Of a stretch of DNA of 64,000 nt, positions 1-10,852 are shown one piece after another. The notes under the pieces were generated by a model. It saw nothing but the letters and a program-made list of their open reading frames with translations, was not told the origin of the DNA and ran no database searches. Within the stretch, counting starts at the first letter, position 1. Every line of letters begins with the position of its first letter. This DNA comes from Octopus sinensis (Eukaryota): positions 8,742,001 to 8,806,000 of the forward strand of contig NC_043007.1 in assembly GCF_006345805.1 (NCBI RefSeq), in the 5' to 3' direction. The position numbers and the translations under genes are program-made.

Positions 1-310
1 TACTTTAGCCTCGGGCAGACTAAAGCCGCCTGAGTCGATTTGGTAGAGGAAAACTGAAAGAAGCCTGTCGATAATAAAAAAATTGTGTGCTTGTGTGTGT
101 CTTTGTGTCTCTATTTGTCCCTTATCACTGCTTGATAACTGGTTTTGGTTTGTTTATGTCCCTGTAACTTAGCGGTTCGGCAAAAGTATCCGATAGAGTA
201 AATACCGGCTTAAAAAAAAATTACTAGAGTCGATTCCTCCGACAAAAAAATTCTTCAACATGGTGCCCCAGCATGGTCGCAGTCTAATGACAACCAAGTA
301 AGAGATACAA
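1..310 (+). mobile_element. SINE family B (tRNA head + CORE-like body), clipped by window edge
   Basis: Matches family-B body (tatagcctcgggc...gaaactgaaagaagcc) and tail (aatgac..acaagtaa) seen in intact copies at 53488 and 61919. Confidence 0.8.
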
Positions 311-334
311 GATAAAACAGATCTACAAGTGGGC

Positions 335-530
335 GATTATTTGGAATGGTTACTGCGCGTCGGACAAAATGCATTTCTTCCGGTTATTCACATCCTGAGT
401 TGAAATAACACTGAGGTTGACCTTGCCTTTCATCATTTGCGGATCGATAATATCTATACCTTATCAGTATTTGGGCCAATGTAATCGGTTTTTCCGTCCC
501 CTCAGAATTATTGGCCTTATTTCAGGATTA
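335..530 (+). mobile_element. SINE family A, short-tail form, degenerate
   Basis: ctgagttgaaat..gaggttgaccttgcctttcatc body and ggccttat tail, homologous to family A. Confidence 0.65.
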
Positions 531-586
531 CAAAGAATTTTTTACTCTGAATGCTGTAATCATTCTTAGACTGTATATGATGTATT

Positions 587-625
<39 letters not shown>

Positions 626-627
<2 letters not shown>

Positions 628-709
628 TTTATTTAAAGCAGCAGAAAATTCAACAAAACCTGTTTACTCTGAGTTTCCCTTTGCCGTTCGTCGGACAGTT
701 TTTGCTAGT
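626..709 (-). mobile_element. Short (TA)n-anchored interspersed repeat fragment
   Basis: Reverse complement matches 22935-23013 (caaaactgtcc(g/a)acgaac...ctgctgcttt); both copies end at (TA)n. Confidence 0.6.
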
Positions 710-744
710 ATGTATATATATATGTATATATATATGTGTATATA

Positions 745-776
<32 letters not shown>

Positions 777-954
777 GATATATATATATAATATATATAT
801 ATATATAATGTATGTATATATATATATATGTATATATATTATATATATATGTGTATATATATATATGTGTGTATATATATATATGTATATCATACATACA
901 TATATCTGTATATATAATATATTATATATATATATATATATATGTGTATATATG

Positions 955-1001
<47 letters not shown>

Positions 1002-1205
1002 GTATATATATGTATGTATATATGTATATATATATGTTGTGTGTATATATATATGTATATACATATATACATACATATATATGTATATATATATATGTAT
1101 ATACATATATACATATATATATATGTATATATGTATATATGTATATATATACATATATACACACACATGAAGTCACACATATAAATATATATAGATATAT
1201 GTGTG
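710..1205. repeat. Compound (TA)n/(TATG)n microsatellite
   Basis: Direct reading; source of the YIYI-type ORFs. Confidence 0.95.
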
Positions 1206-2450
1206 TTTGTGTGTACGCGGGCCTTATGTCAGAATTACAAAGAATTTTTTACTCTGAATGCAGTAACCATTATTAGACTACATTATCGAATATGTCCCTT
1301 AGTTTTCTAAGGTGTCACAGTCTGATTTCTGAGAAAATTCGCTGGTATTTCTAGCATACAGAGCGACTCATGTACAGACATGCTGGTCCGTTGGTTCGTT
1401 GGCTGGTGAGAAGCGAAACGCAACATATTTAGCTGTGTGATGACGGCAATAAATATAGTAAGTGTTCTCAGATAACAGAGATATGAGTCTGATTATGAAG
1501 ACATTGGTCTCATTCTTAGAAGCACACACACACCACACACATACATACTCCCACATGCAGACACTCGTCTACGCGCATGCACACAGGCAGTGACACACAA
1601 CACAAACACTGGTGTACGCATACGCAGAAATATACACGTGCTATTAGGCACATACTCGCAGACATGTTCGTTTACACATTCTCACATACGGAAGCTTGTA
1701 CGCATGTTTAAAATATACTCACAGCCTCTTGCGTACAGTGAGATATGCACACTTGAAGGATCTTATGTATACAGACACATATATACACCGGTATATACAT
1801 ATACATAGTATACACTCATACATACCTACATACATACATACATACATACATACATACATACATACATACATACATACATACGTAACATAACATACATCTG
1901 TAGGAGGCAACATTCATATAGAAAGCCTATATAGGAACGGACATGAAAACACATAATCTTGTACACTCACACACAAACACACACATACACACATATAAAA
2001 ATCCACACAAACACACTCAAATTCACACACAAATACATAGGAGAACATACACATGTACAGGCATATACACACACATCAGGTCAGCATAGAGACGTTACAT
2101 TCATTCAGACATCGTACGTCTTCCAGTGACCGTAACGCACATAAAAGCATACAGAACATACACCACACTCACAAAGACCATAGTCACAATACATACAACA
2201 CCCACATAGATCATAAGCCAAACGCATCGTGTGTGTGAAAGCATTGCTACTGTCCTATTTCATACTCATACACAGAGAAAAATAGTTATACGCACACTGA
2301 TATCGTCACACTAATCTACATACATACATACAAACATACATACATACATACATACATACATACATACATACATACATACATACATACATACATACATACA
2401 TACTTGCATGCATACATATACATATATCTATACATATACATATATATATA

Positions 2451-2624
2451 TGGCGATTTTTTTCCTCTGTCTTCTCTTCTCTGGATCTTTCCTTCTCCTA
2501 TGTTTCCGACGTAGAGCTCCGCTCGAAACGTTAAACCTCCGTCTTTCCTTCCTTCCTGAGCGTCCAATAATACTATATTTGTTCCACGTTGTTGTGTTTT
2601 TTGTGCTTTCTTGTTTGGATTAAC
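2451..2624 (+). mobile_element. Penelope pLTR-like mini-element with hammerhead motif
   Basis: Homologous to 12097-12304 (-) and 15981-16083 (-); contains HHR-like motif; ends ggattaac then (TA)n. Confidence 0.7.
2502..2536 (+). ncRNA. Minimal type-I hammerhead-like motif (variant, A9 mutated)
   Basis: gttt-ccgacgt-a-gagc-tcc-gctc-gaaa-cg-tt-aaac: stems I and II pair, GAAA intact, core departs from CUGANGA. Confidence 0.5.
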
Positions 2625-3226
2625 TATATATACATATATACACGCACACAAAAGCACTATTAAGTGACCCTTTTTACACGCACCAATAAGCAAACACACA
2701 TTTGCACACACTTATACTCATTCACATACACACAGAGACACGTACATTACATACATATGTACATGCGCACATAATCATTCATACACATATAAGATAAATT
2801 TTAAATCATACGCGTTTTGGGAGATATGATTAGTAAACACACACAGGCACACACGCACACACACATGATGGCACAGGTACACACAGGTACACACACATGC
2901 ACGCACATACACATACTCATACGCGCAGATACGCACGCACGAACACACACACACACACTTAACTGGTTTTCCATATGATCTTCAAAAGTGCATGGTATGT
3001 AGAGCTGTGTCGCAAGTTCTGTTTTTTCTACCTGTTGGAAAAGTCGTTTGTTTTTATAGAAAGAATGTGACTCGGAACGCTATCAGTTAACGATAGTCAC
3101 GTGATGACGTAAGTGGATTTTCGTTCAGTTTTCTGCTACGTTCATGTGTTAAAGTCACGTGACAAACGCACGAGATGTTCATGATAAGCTCTCTTGTCCA
3201 GTGACTATGTTATATTAGCATTCATA

Positions 3227-3459
3227 AGGCGGCGAGCTGGCAGAAACGTTAGCACGCCGGGCGACCTGCCTAGCCGTATTTCGTCTGTCGTTACGTTCCG
3301 AGTTCAAATTCCGCCGAGGTCGACTTTGCCTTTCATCCTTTCGGGGTCGATAAATAAAAGTATCAGTTTCGCACTGGGGTCGATGTAATCGACTTAATCC
3401 CTTTGTCTGTCCTTGTTTGTCCCCTCTGTGTTTAGCCCCTTGTGGGTAGTAAAGAAATA
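3227..3459 (+). mobile_element. SINE family A, full-length long-tail copy with 16-bp TSD
   Basis: tRNA-like head (aggcggcgagctggcagaaacgttag...gagttcaaattcc), body gactttgcctttcatcctttcggggtcgataaa, tail ...gtagtaaagaaata; TSD tatattagcattcata at 3211-3226 and 3460-3475. Confidence 0.92.
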
Positions 3460-3718
3460 TATATTAGCATTCATAGTAAAAGGCAAGTCTTATATTATTG
3501 ACGAGTTTATAACATGTTCAGCCCTGTTTTGTATTTTCTAATAAACTAATTTTCCTTATTTATTCGTACTTGATTTATGGTATTTTCTGCATATTGTTGA
3601 AACAGGGAATTTATGAGATTTGATTTTGTGCATGTGTTCAAATATTCACTGATTGGGATTGTCAAGTAATGGAAACTCGTATTTGTTGACAATGTAAGTA
3701 AATATCTTTGTAAACACA

Positions 3719-3975
3719 CCAACACCGTTTGTCAAGTGGTGATGGGGACAAACACAGACATACACAAACACACAACACACACACACACACACACACATAT
3801 ACATATATATATAGAACGGGCTTCTTTCAGTTTCCGTCTACCAAATCCACTCACAAGGCTTGGTCGGGCCGTGGTTATTATAGAAGACACTTGTCCAACG
3901 TGCCACACAGTGGGACTGAACACGGAACCACGTTATTGGGAAGCAAACTTCTTGCCGCATAGCCACTCCTGCGCC

Positions 3976-3976
<1 letters not shown>
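3719..3976 (-). mobile_element. SINE family B, tail missing
   Basis: Head aggcgcaggagtggct on the minus strand, body, and internal (TA)(CA) tract. Confidence 0.85.
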
Positions 3977-4026
<50 letters not shown>

Positions 4027-4127
4027 CCAAGAAAGAGAGAAGAAATTTTAAAGTTCAGTTCTCCTATTCACTCAATATATTTCAAAGCATCGGAATGCTC
4101 CACACCATACATAGGTTCGCTCATATA

Positions 4128-4393
4128 CATGTTACTGAGAAAGAAGGAACCGATTTTACTACGCAACAGCGATCGACTCAGTGGATCGTGATATGCTGAT
4201 ACGCGTCTGGGAGGAATTCTCTTATCGCACTGAAGTTGCCTGTGCTGCAGGTGGTGGTCACATTGAACACTTACAAGACAGGAAATAAACTTGATTGTGA
4301 GTAAATTCTTGTACCTTAGCTGGAGTTTTCTATTGCTTTTTCTTATTAAAATATTGCGTAATGAAATCGGTTCATTCTTTTTGAATAGCCCTG
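4128..4393 (+). mobile_element. Internally deleted Tc1/mariner element
   Basis: Reads ATAIDSVDRDMLIRVWEEFSYRTEVACAAGGGHIEHL*, a typical Tc1/mariner transposase C-terminus; imperfect TIRs (...gaaagaaggaaccgatttt / aaatcggttcattctttttgaatagccctg) with flanking TA. Confidence 0.8.
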
Positions 4394-4877
4394 TATACAT
4401 GATGTAATATAAAATATATAAATATACAAATAAATTTTAGAAAATTTTAGGAAAATTTTAGGGAAATAAAAATAAGAAATAAGTGGAAATTTTACCGGTG
4501 AGTGTGTTACATTATAAAGCACAAAAAGAAAATGACTCTCTCCAGACACAACAGAGTATGCTTCAACAAACGAACTCATATAAAGAATCTTGCAAACCAA
4601 ATCCAAAAACCAAATATATAAATAAATAAATACATAAATGTACCCGCTAATCTGTATGTCCGTAATAAAATAAATGAGGATATTAAAATTCGCAGATGGT
4701 GAATTTATAGCGGTAATTTTATACCGACATTCTCATCTTTTTGGATTACAAATATACATTCACCATGTGCATATTTTAATATCCTCATTGATTTTAATAC
4801 GGACACATAACCTCGCGAGTACATTTATGTATTTATATATTTATATATTCATATATTTTTATATTACATCATGTATA
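4394..4877. repeat. Fold-back inverted repeat (MITE-like) with insertion in left arm
   Basis: 17-bp perfect terminal IR tatacatgatgtaatat (4394-4410) / atattacatcatgtata (4861-4877); 4612-4704 is imperfectly complementary to 4758-4850. Confidence 0.75.
4421..4611 (-). mobile_element. Unclassified interspersed repeat inserted into the fold-back
   Basis: Motif gatttggtttgcaagattct...gttgaa...gtcatt recurs at about 33057-33140 (+) and 45925-46000 (+). Confidence 0.55.
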
Positions 4878-5192
4878 TATTAGTGCACCTATGTATACTG
4901 TGGAGTTTTCCCAATGCTTTGAAATGTATTGAGTGAATATGAACACTGACCTTTGGAATTTGTTCTCTCTTTCTTGGCTTTATATTCCTGACGCTGTATT
5001 AGAGCGCTAATTAGTTGTGTTGTATAAGGGGATAATTATCCTATTTTTTTCTTCATTATATATGTATATATATATATATATATAATATATATATAATATA
5101 TGTACTATATATATACATATATATATTTATACAGAGATAAATGTATATACACACACACATATATATATATACATATATACATACATAAATAC

Positions 5193-5245
<53 letters not shown>

Positions 5246-5344
5246 CATTCATTAAATGCATATATACATCTACACACATATTCAGTGAGTGATGCAACTA
5301 TACAAGTATTTATACGCACATTTCCATGATGTATATATATGTAT

Positions 5345-5724
5345 ACTAGCAGTATCGCCCGGCGTTGCTCAGGCTTGTAAGGGAAATAACTATAAAGCAT
5401 CTTTAGAGAGTTATAGCCAAAAATAGCAAAAAAATGGAAAAAATTATGGTAAATTTTTTTTTGAGAGTAAAAAAAGGTTGAGTTGCGTCCCCTAGACAGT
5501 CTGTGGTTTGTTTTTTTTTTATTCTCGACCCCATGTCGATTTATCGATTTTTTTCAGAACTGGGGAACTTTTCAAAATTTTCGCTGCGTTAGTTTTGAAT
5601 TATGACATTGGGCTCTGCGTGTGTCAAGTTTCATCAGAATCGGTTGAAAGCGTGGTCAGGGGAGGGTACGAGAAAACAGACACACAGAAACACGCACAGA
5701 CAAACTGCCGTTATATATAGAGAT
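5345..5724 (+). mobile_element. Helitron/HINE-like non-autonomous element
   Basis: Begins actagcagtatcgcccggcgttgctc, ends (CAGA)-microsatellite...atatagagat; homologous to 12458 and 51257 copies. Confidence 0.75.
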
Positions 5725-6429
5725 ATATACAGCATATACAACATGTACGTACGTCAGAAGTCCATGTATCTTAAATATATACAACTGTGCACAAAATCAA
5801 ACGTACATACACACTCGTGTACACACCACACACTTATGTAAATATATCCCATAATTTTTACATATAACTGTCTACATAATTAGTAAAACGTTGTAAAAAT
5901 AAATCTTTTCATCTCTAGATAATAATTAAACTAATGTTAGTGAAGCAATTGCAGTCGGCCAAGCTTAAAAATAATGGCGACTAAATGTCAGATATTTTCG
6001 GAAATAAGATTAAAAAAACTTGGACATTAAAAGATTAAAAGCGATTCTTTGAAATTTAAATGAATCACAATCATTTGAGAATTGAAGAAAATATATACTA
6101 TTCTTGTTGTTTTATATTATTATTATTATTATTCAGTAGTCTTATTTTAATCACGTGCTTTCAGTGCACTACAGAGCGCATCTCTGCGTGCCTTGGGTGT
6201 GTGCTGTGGTTTGTTGTGATGCTCTTATTTTTATTGTATTGAAAGTGTTTAACGTAGGATGTTTGCGGTGCCTAGTAGTGCTATTTTCTGTATGTTATAT
6301 ATACTTGTTAGACCTGGTGTTTTTGTTATGTATTTGACTGAATATCATACCTAATGGGCACAATATGACAGGAATTGTTTCTGTTTATAGATTCCACATT
6401 CGAGTTACCTCTGTTTCCAGGTCTTTGTA

Positions 6430-6714
6430 TTTTGAAATTGCTCCTAGCACGCTGGACGAAATGCCAGTTACGCACTGGGATCGATGTAATCGACTTAAAG
6501 CGTTTATCTGTCCATGTGTGTCTGTCCGCGTTTGTCCTCTCTATGTTTAGCTCCTTCGTCGGTCTTCGTGTACTTATTTAAAATTCCACCTAGGTAGACT
6601 TTGCCTTTCATTCTTCTTTCGGTATCGATGAAATAAGTATCAGTCAAGTGCTGGGGTCGAGATCATCGATTAGTCCCCTTCCCCAATTTTTAGGCCTGGC
6701 CTATTATAGAAAAG

Positions 6715-6715
<1 letters not shown>
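6430..6715 (+). mobile_element. Degenerate SINE-A dimer (long then short tail) followed by (ATT)n
   Basis: cagttacgcactggg.tcgatgtaatcgactt long tail, then gtagactttgcctttcatt body and ggcctggcctattatagaaaag tail. Confidence 0.7.
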
Positions 6716-6750
<35 letters not shown>

Positions 6751-6820
6751 TTATTATTATTATTATTATTATTATTCAATACTTCTGTTTCGATACTCCA
6801 ATGTACTAGACTAACATACA

Positions 6821-6968
<148 letters not shown>

Positions 6969-6971
6969 GTG

Positions 6972-7352
6972 TTCTTTCACTCTTTTACTTGTTTCAGTCA
7001 TTTGACTGTCGCTATGCTGGAGCACCGCCTTTAGTCGAGCAAATCGACCCCAGGACTTATTCTTTGTAAGCCTAGCACTTATTCTGTCGGTCTCTTTTGC
7101 CGAACCGCTAAGTGACGGGAACGTACACACACCAGCATCGGTTGTCAAGCGATGTTGGGGGACAAACACAGACACACAAACATATACACACGTATATATA
7201 CATATATACTACAGGCTTCTTTCAGTTCCCGTCTACCAAATCCACTCACAAGGGTCTGATCGGCCCGAAGCTATAGTAGAAGACACTTGCCCAAGTTACC
7301 ACGCAGTGGGACTGAACCCGGAACCATGTGGCTGGTAAGCAATCTACATACC
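6972..7352 (-). mobile_element. SINE family B, near full length
   Basis: Tail (ctcttttac) through head (gggactgaacccggaaccatgtgg). Confidence 0.88.
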
Positions 7353-7355
7353 AGA

Positions 7356-7730
7356 CCTTGGTATTTGTCTGGTACTTATTTTATTGACCCCGAAGGAATG
7401 ATAGGTAAAGTTGATCTCAACAGAATTTGACCTCAGAACGAAAAGAGACGGAAAGAACTCGGCTAAAAATCTTGTATAGGCGATTCTGCGCCTTGTATAA
7501 TGATAAATAATTCTTTCTATTATCGCTACATGATCTGAAATTTTGCGAAAGGAATCTAGTCGGCTACAGAGACACGAGTAATTGATTGCTATTTTATTTT
7601 ATTAACCTCGGAGCGATTGAGAGACCAAGCTAACCTCGACAGAATTTGAACTCAGAACGGAAAGAGCTGGAAGAAACGCCGCTAAGCATGACGTTCGACG
7701 TGCTTATTATTCTGTCAGTACGCTGCCTTC
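7356..7730 (-). mobile_element. Two degenerate SINE-A copies
   Basis: tggtacttattttattgaccccgaaggaatga and gaatttgaactcagaacg motifs occur twice. Confidence 0.7.
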
Positions 7731-7986
7731 TTAGTATCATATATTATCCCTCATTCTTTCAAAAGAATATTCTATCATAAACTAAATATTTAAAAAATTG
7801 CTTTGTAGAAACGCTTTGTGCTCTGTAAGGATTTTTTTTCATTTATACGTCCGAAAACGCGCACGTATGTATGAATACGATTGATTCACCTACTCAAATC
7901 GTTTTACGTGACTCTACTGACCCGCAAAATCGGAAACGTCATGCTGACGTCATCTTGATAGTCTCTACTAATATTATTTTGATATA

Positions 7987-8384
7987 GTGGAGGTGCAATG
8001 GCCCAGTGGTTAGGGCAGCGGACTCGCGGTCATAGGATCGCGGTTTCGATTCCCAGACCGGGCGTTGCGAGTGTTTATAGAGCGAAAATACCTAAAAAGC
8101 TCCACGAGGCTCCGGCAGGGGATGGTGGTGATCTCTGCTGTACTCTTTCACCACAACTTTCTCTCATTTTTACTTCCTGTTTCTGTTGTACCTGTATTTC
8201 AAGGGGCCGGCCTTGTCACTGTCTGTGTCACGCTGAATATCCCCGAGAACTACGTTAAGGGTGCACGTGTCTGTGGAGTGCTCAGCCACTTACACGTTAA
8301 TTTCACGAGCGGGCTGTTCCGTTGATTTGGATCAATCGGAACCCTCGTCGTCGTAACCGACGGAGTGCTTCCATTCCATTCCAT
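7987..8384 (+). mobile_element. SINE family D, full length (tRNA head, (CCATT)n tail)
   Basis: Box A/B-like tggcccagtggttaggg and ggtttcgattcc; 3' end cgtcgtaaccgacggagtgc recurs at 29295 (-). Confidence 0.85.
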
Positions 8385-8399
8385 ATTTTGATATGCAGT

Positions 8400-8780
8400 T
8401 AAAGCGGCTAGCTGGCAGACTTGTCAGCACGCTGGATAAAATGCTTAGTGATATGTTGCCAGTCGATAAATTAAGTACCAGTTAAGCACTGGGGGTCAAT
8501 GTAATCGACTTAATCCGTTCGTCTGTCCTTGTTTGTCCCCTCTATGTATAGCCCCTTGTGGGCAATAAAGAAATAAGAATCGTTAGCACCCGGGTGAAAT
8601 GCTCAGCGATATTTCGTCAGTCACTGCGATCTGAGTTCAAATTCCGCCGAGGTCGACTTTACCTGTCAGCCCTTCGGGGTTGATAAATTAAGTACCAATT
8701 GAGTACTGGAGGTCTATATAATCAACGCACCCCTTTCCTTCAAATTTCAGGCTTTGTGCCTATAATAGAAAGGATTATTA
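8400..8780 (+). mobile_element. SINE-A composite (deleted long-tail unit + short-tail unit)
   Basis: Family-A motifs with junction aaagaaata|agaatcgttagc near 8578. Confidence 0.75.
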
Positions 8781-8793
8781 TGGTATGCGGTTA

Positions 8794-9450
8794 AGGCAGC
8801 GAGCCGGCAGAATCGTTAGCACGCCGGGCGAAATGCTTAGCGGTATTTCGTCTGCCGTTACGTCGTGAGTTCAAATTCCGCTGAGGTCGACTTTGGCTTT
8901 CATCCTTTCGGGGTCGATTAAATAAATGAAATAAGTACCAGTTACACACTGGGGTCGATATAATCGACTTAATACCTATGTCTGTCATTGTTTGTCCTCT
9001 CTGTTTAGCCCCTTGTGGGTAATAATGAAATAGGTATTTCGTCTGCCGCCACGTTCTGAGTTCAAACTCCGCCGAGGTCGACATTGCTTTTTATCTTTCG
9101 GGTTCGATTAAATAAATTAAATAAGTACCAGTTACGCACTGGAGTCGATATAATCGACTTAATCCGTTTGTCTATCCTTGTTTGTCCTCTCTGTGTTTAG
9201 CTCCTATTGGGTAGTAAAGAAATAGGTATTTCGTCTGCCGCTACGTTCTGAGTTCAAACTGCGCCGAAGTCGACTTTGCCTTTCATCATTTCGGGGTCGA
9301 TTAAATAAGTACCTGTTACGCACTGGGGTCGATATAATCGAATTAATACGTTTGTCTGTCCTTGTTTGTTCCCTCTATGTTTAGCCCCTTGTGGGTAGTA
9401 AAACAAATAAGAATCGTTAGCATGTCGAGCAAAAAGCTTCGCGGTAATTC
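8794..9450 (+). mobile_element. Head-to-tail SINE-A multimer (3 units + start of a 4th)
   Basis: Units about 8794-9032, 9033-9224, 9225-9409, 9410-9450. Confidence 0.88.
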
Positions 9451-9589
9451 ATTCATATCTATTATTCTTATTTTTCTCTTGAATGCTTGTACTTATAGAG
9501 CCGTCAACCCGGTTTCCATTGTATATAAATGACCGTAATCCCAACACTCACGGGATGCTGGTCAAGATCAGAGTTCAGAGCCAGCATTT

Positions 9590-10002
9590 TTTCAGGAGAC
9601 GTCGATTACAGCAACCCCAGTAATTGACTGGTAATTCATTTTATCGATCCTGAAGAAATGAAAGGCAAGGCTGACCTCGGTTGTATTTGAACTCAGAACG
9701 TAAATAGCCGAAACAAAATGTCGCTAAGCATTTTGTCCGACGCGGTAATGACTCGGCCAGCTCCCTGCATCCTTAGTATTATATATTTCTTTACTACCCA
9801 CAAGGGGCTAAACATAGAGGGGACAAACAAGGACAGACAAAGGGATTAAGTCGACTACATCGACCCCAGTGTGTAACTGGTACTTAATTTATTGACCCCG
9901 AAAGGATGAAAGGCAAAGTCGACCTCGGCGGAATTTGAACTCGGAACGTAACGACAGACGAATTTTGCCCGGCGTGCTAACGTTTCTACCAGCTCGCTGC
10001 CT
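9590..10002 (-). mobile_element. Two SINE-A copies (short-tail 9590-9765, long-tail 9784-10002)
   Basis: Reverse-complement family-A sequence. Confidence 0.85.
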
Positions 10003-10659
10003 TGTTATTATTATATATTAGTATTATATATTGTTCGTACTCTACCTTTTTTGTTTTGTCATCTTTTCTAATACCCAACAACGAAGCCTTTTACAATATT
10101 TAAGCATCTTTCGAACTTCAATTCCGTTTCCTTGACATATAAGTATGGAAACATCTGTAAAACATATCTTTGTCGATTTATAAGATTTCAACGTTGACTC
10201 CTTGGTGACGGCAAATGTTTTGTTGTGACGTGACACAGACACAGAAAATCTGTTGGAGGATAGGAAATAAAATTGATCCTTTGCTTCCTTTTTTTTAAAA
10301 TTTTTAATGTTTCTGTAAGAAATAGGTGGACTATTAAGTTGCGAAATAGAGTAAGGAAAGGAACCTAAAATCGAGATCGTTTTAAATAGGGGCTGGAAGA
10401 AAACCGTCAGGAAAGGGTTATCAGCTACAGCAGTAAAGATACAAGAGAGAAATCATTAATGTATGATGGGCCAAATGGCTTGCCAATTATCTTTCAATCA
10501 ACACGTTATCAACGTTTCCAAGGGCATGGGCTGATCCCTTCTCACAATTGCAGATTCTATTTGTTATCTCCGGTATTTCCCTCCTAAATCTCCACGGGCT
10601 CTCACATATATAACACAAAAATCTGTTAGTTCATAGGAGGAGGCGTTATTATTATTACC

Positions 10660-10752
10660 ACCATCATCGTCGTCGTCGCCGCCATCATCATCATCATCAT
10701 CGTCATCATCATCACCACCACCATCACCACCACCACCACCACCACCATCACC

Positions 10753-10814
<62 letters not shown>

Positions 10815-10852
10815 GATCATCATCATCATCATCTCCATCGTCATCATTCTGT
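10660..10852. repeat. (CAT)n/(CAC)n trinucleotide microsatellite
   Basis: Direct reading; source of poly-D/M/G ORFs. Confidence 0.92.

Noticed and set aside
664-1276. Many 60-170 aa ORFs rich in YI, HT, VC or LS dipeptides here and throughout the window
   Set aside because: They are translations of (TA)n, (TACA)n, (TG)n, (TATC)n and (CT)n microsatellites, open in overlapping frames on both strands.
7987-8060. tRNA-like sequences (also at 3227, 21656, 53488 and others)
   Set aside because: They are SINE heads continuous with SINE bodies; no complete cloverleaf was evident.
10040-10155. Possible minus-strand exon (ttttacag acceptor, AAG|gtagag donor, DVSILICQGNGIEVRKMLKY...)
   Set aside because: No recognisable protein similarity, weak donor and no partner exons; cannot be supported without RNA data.
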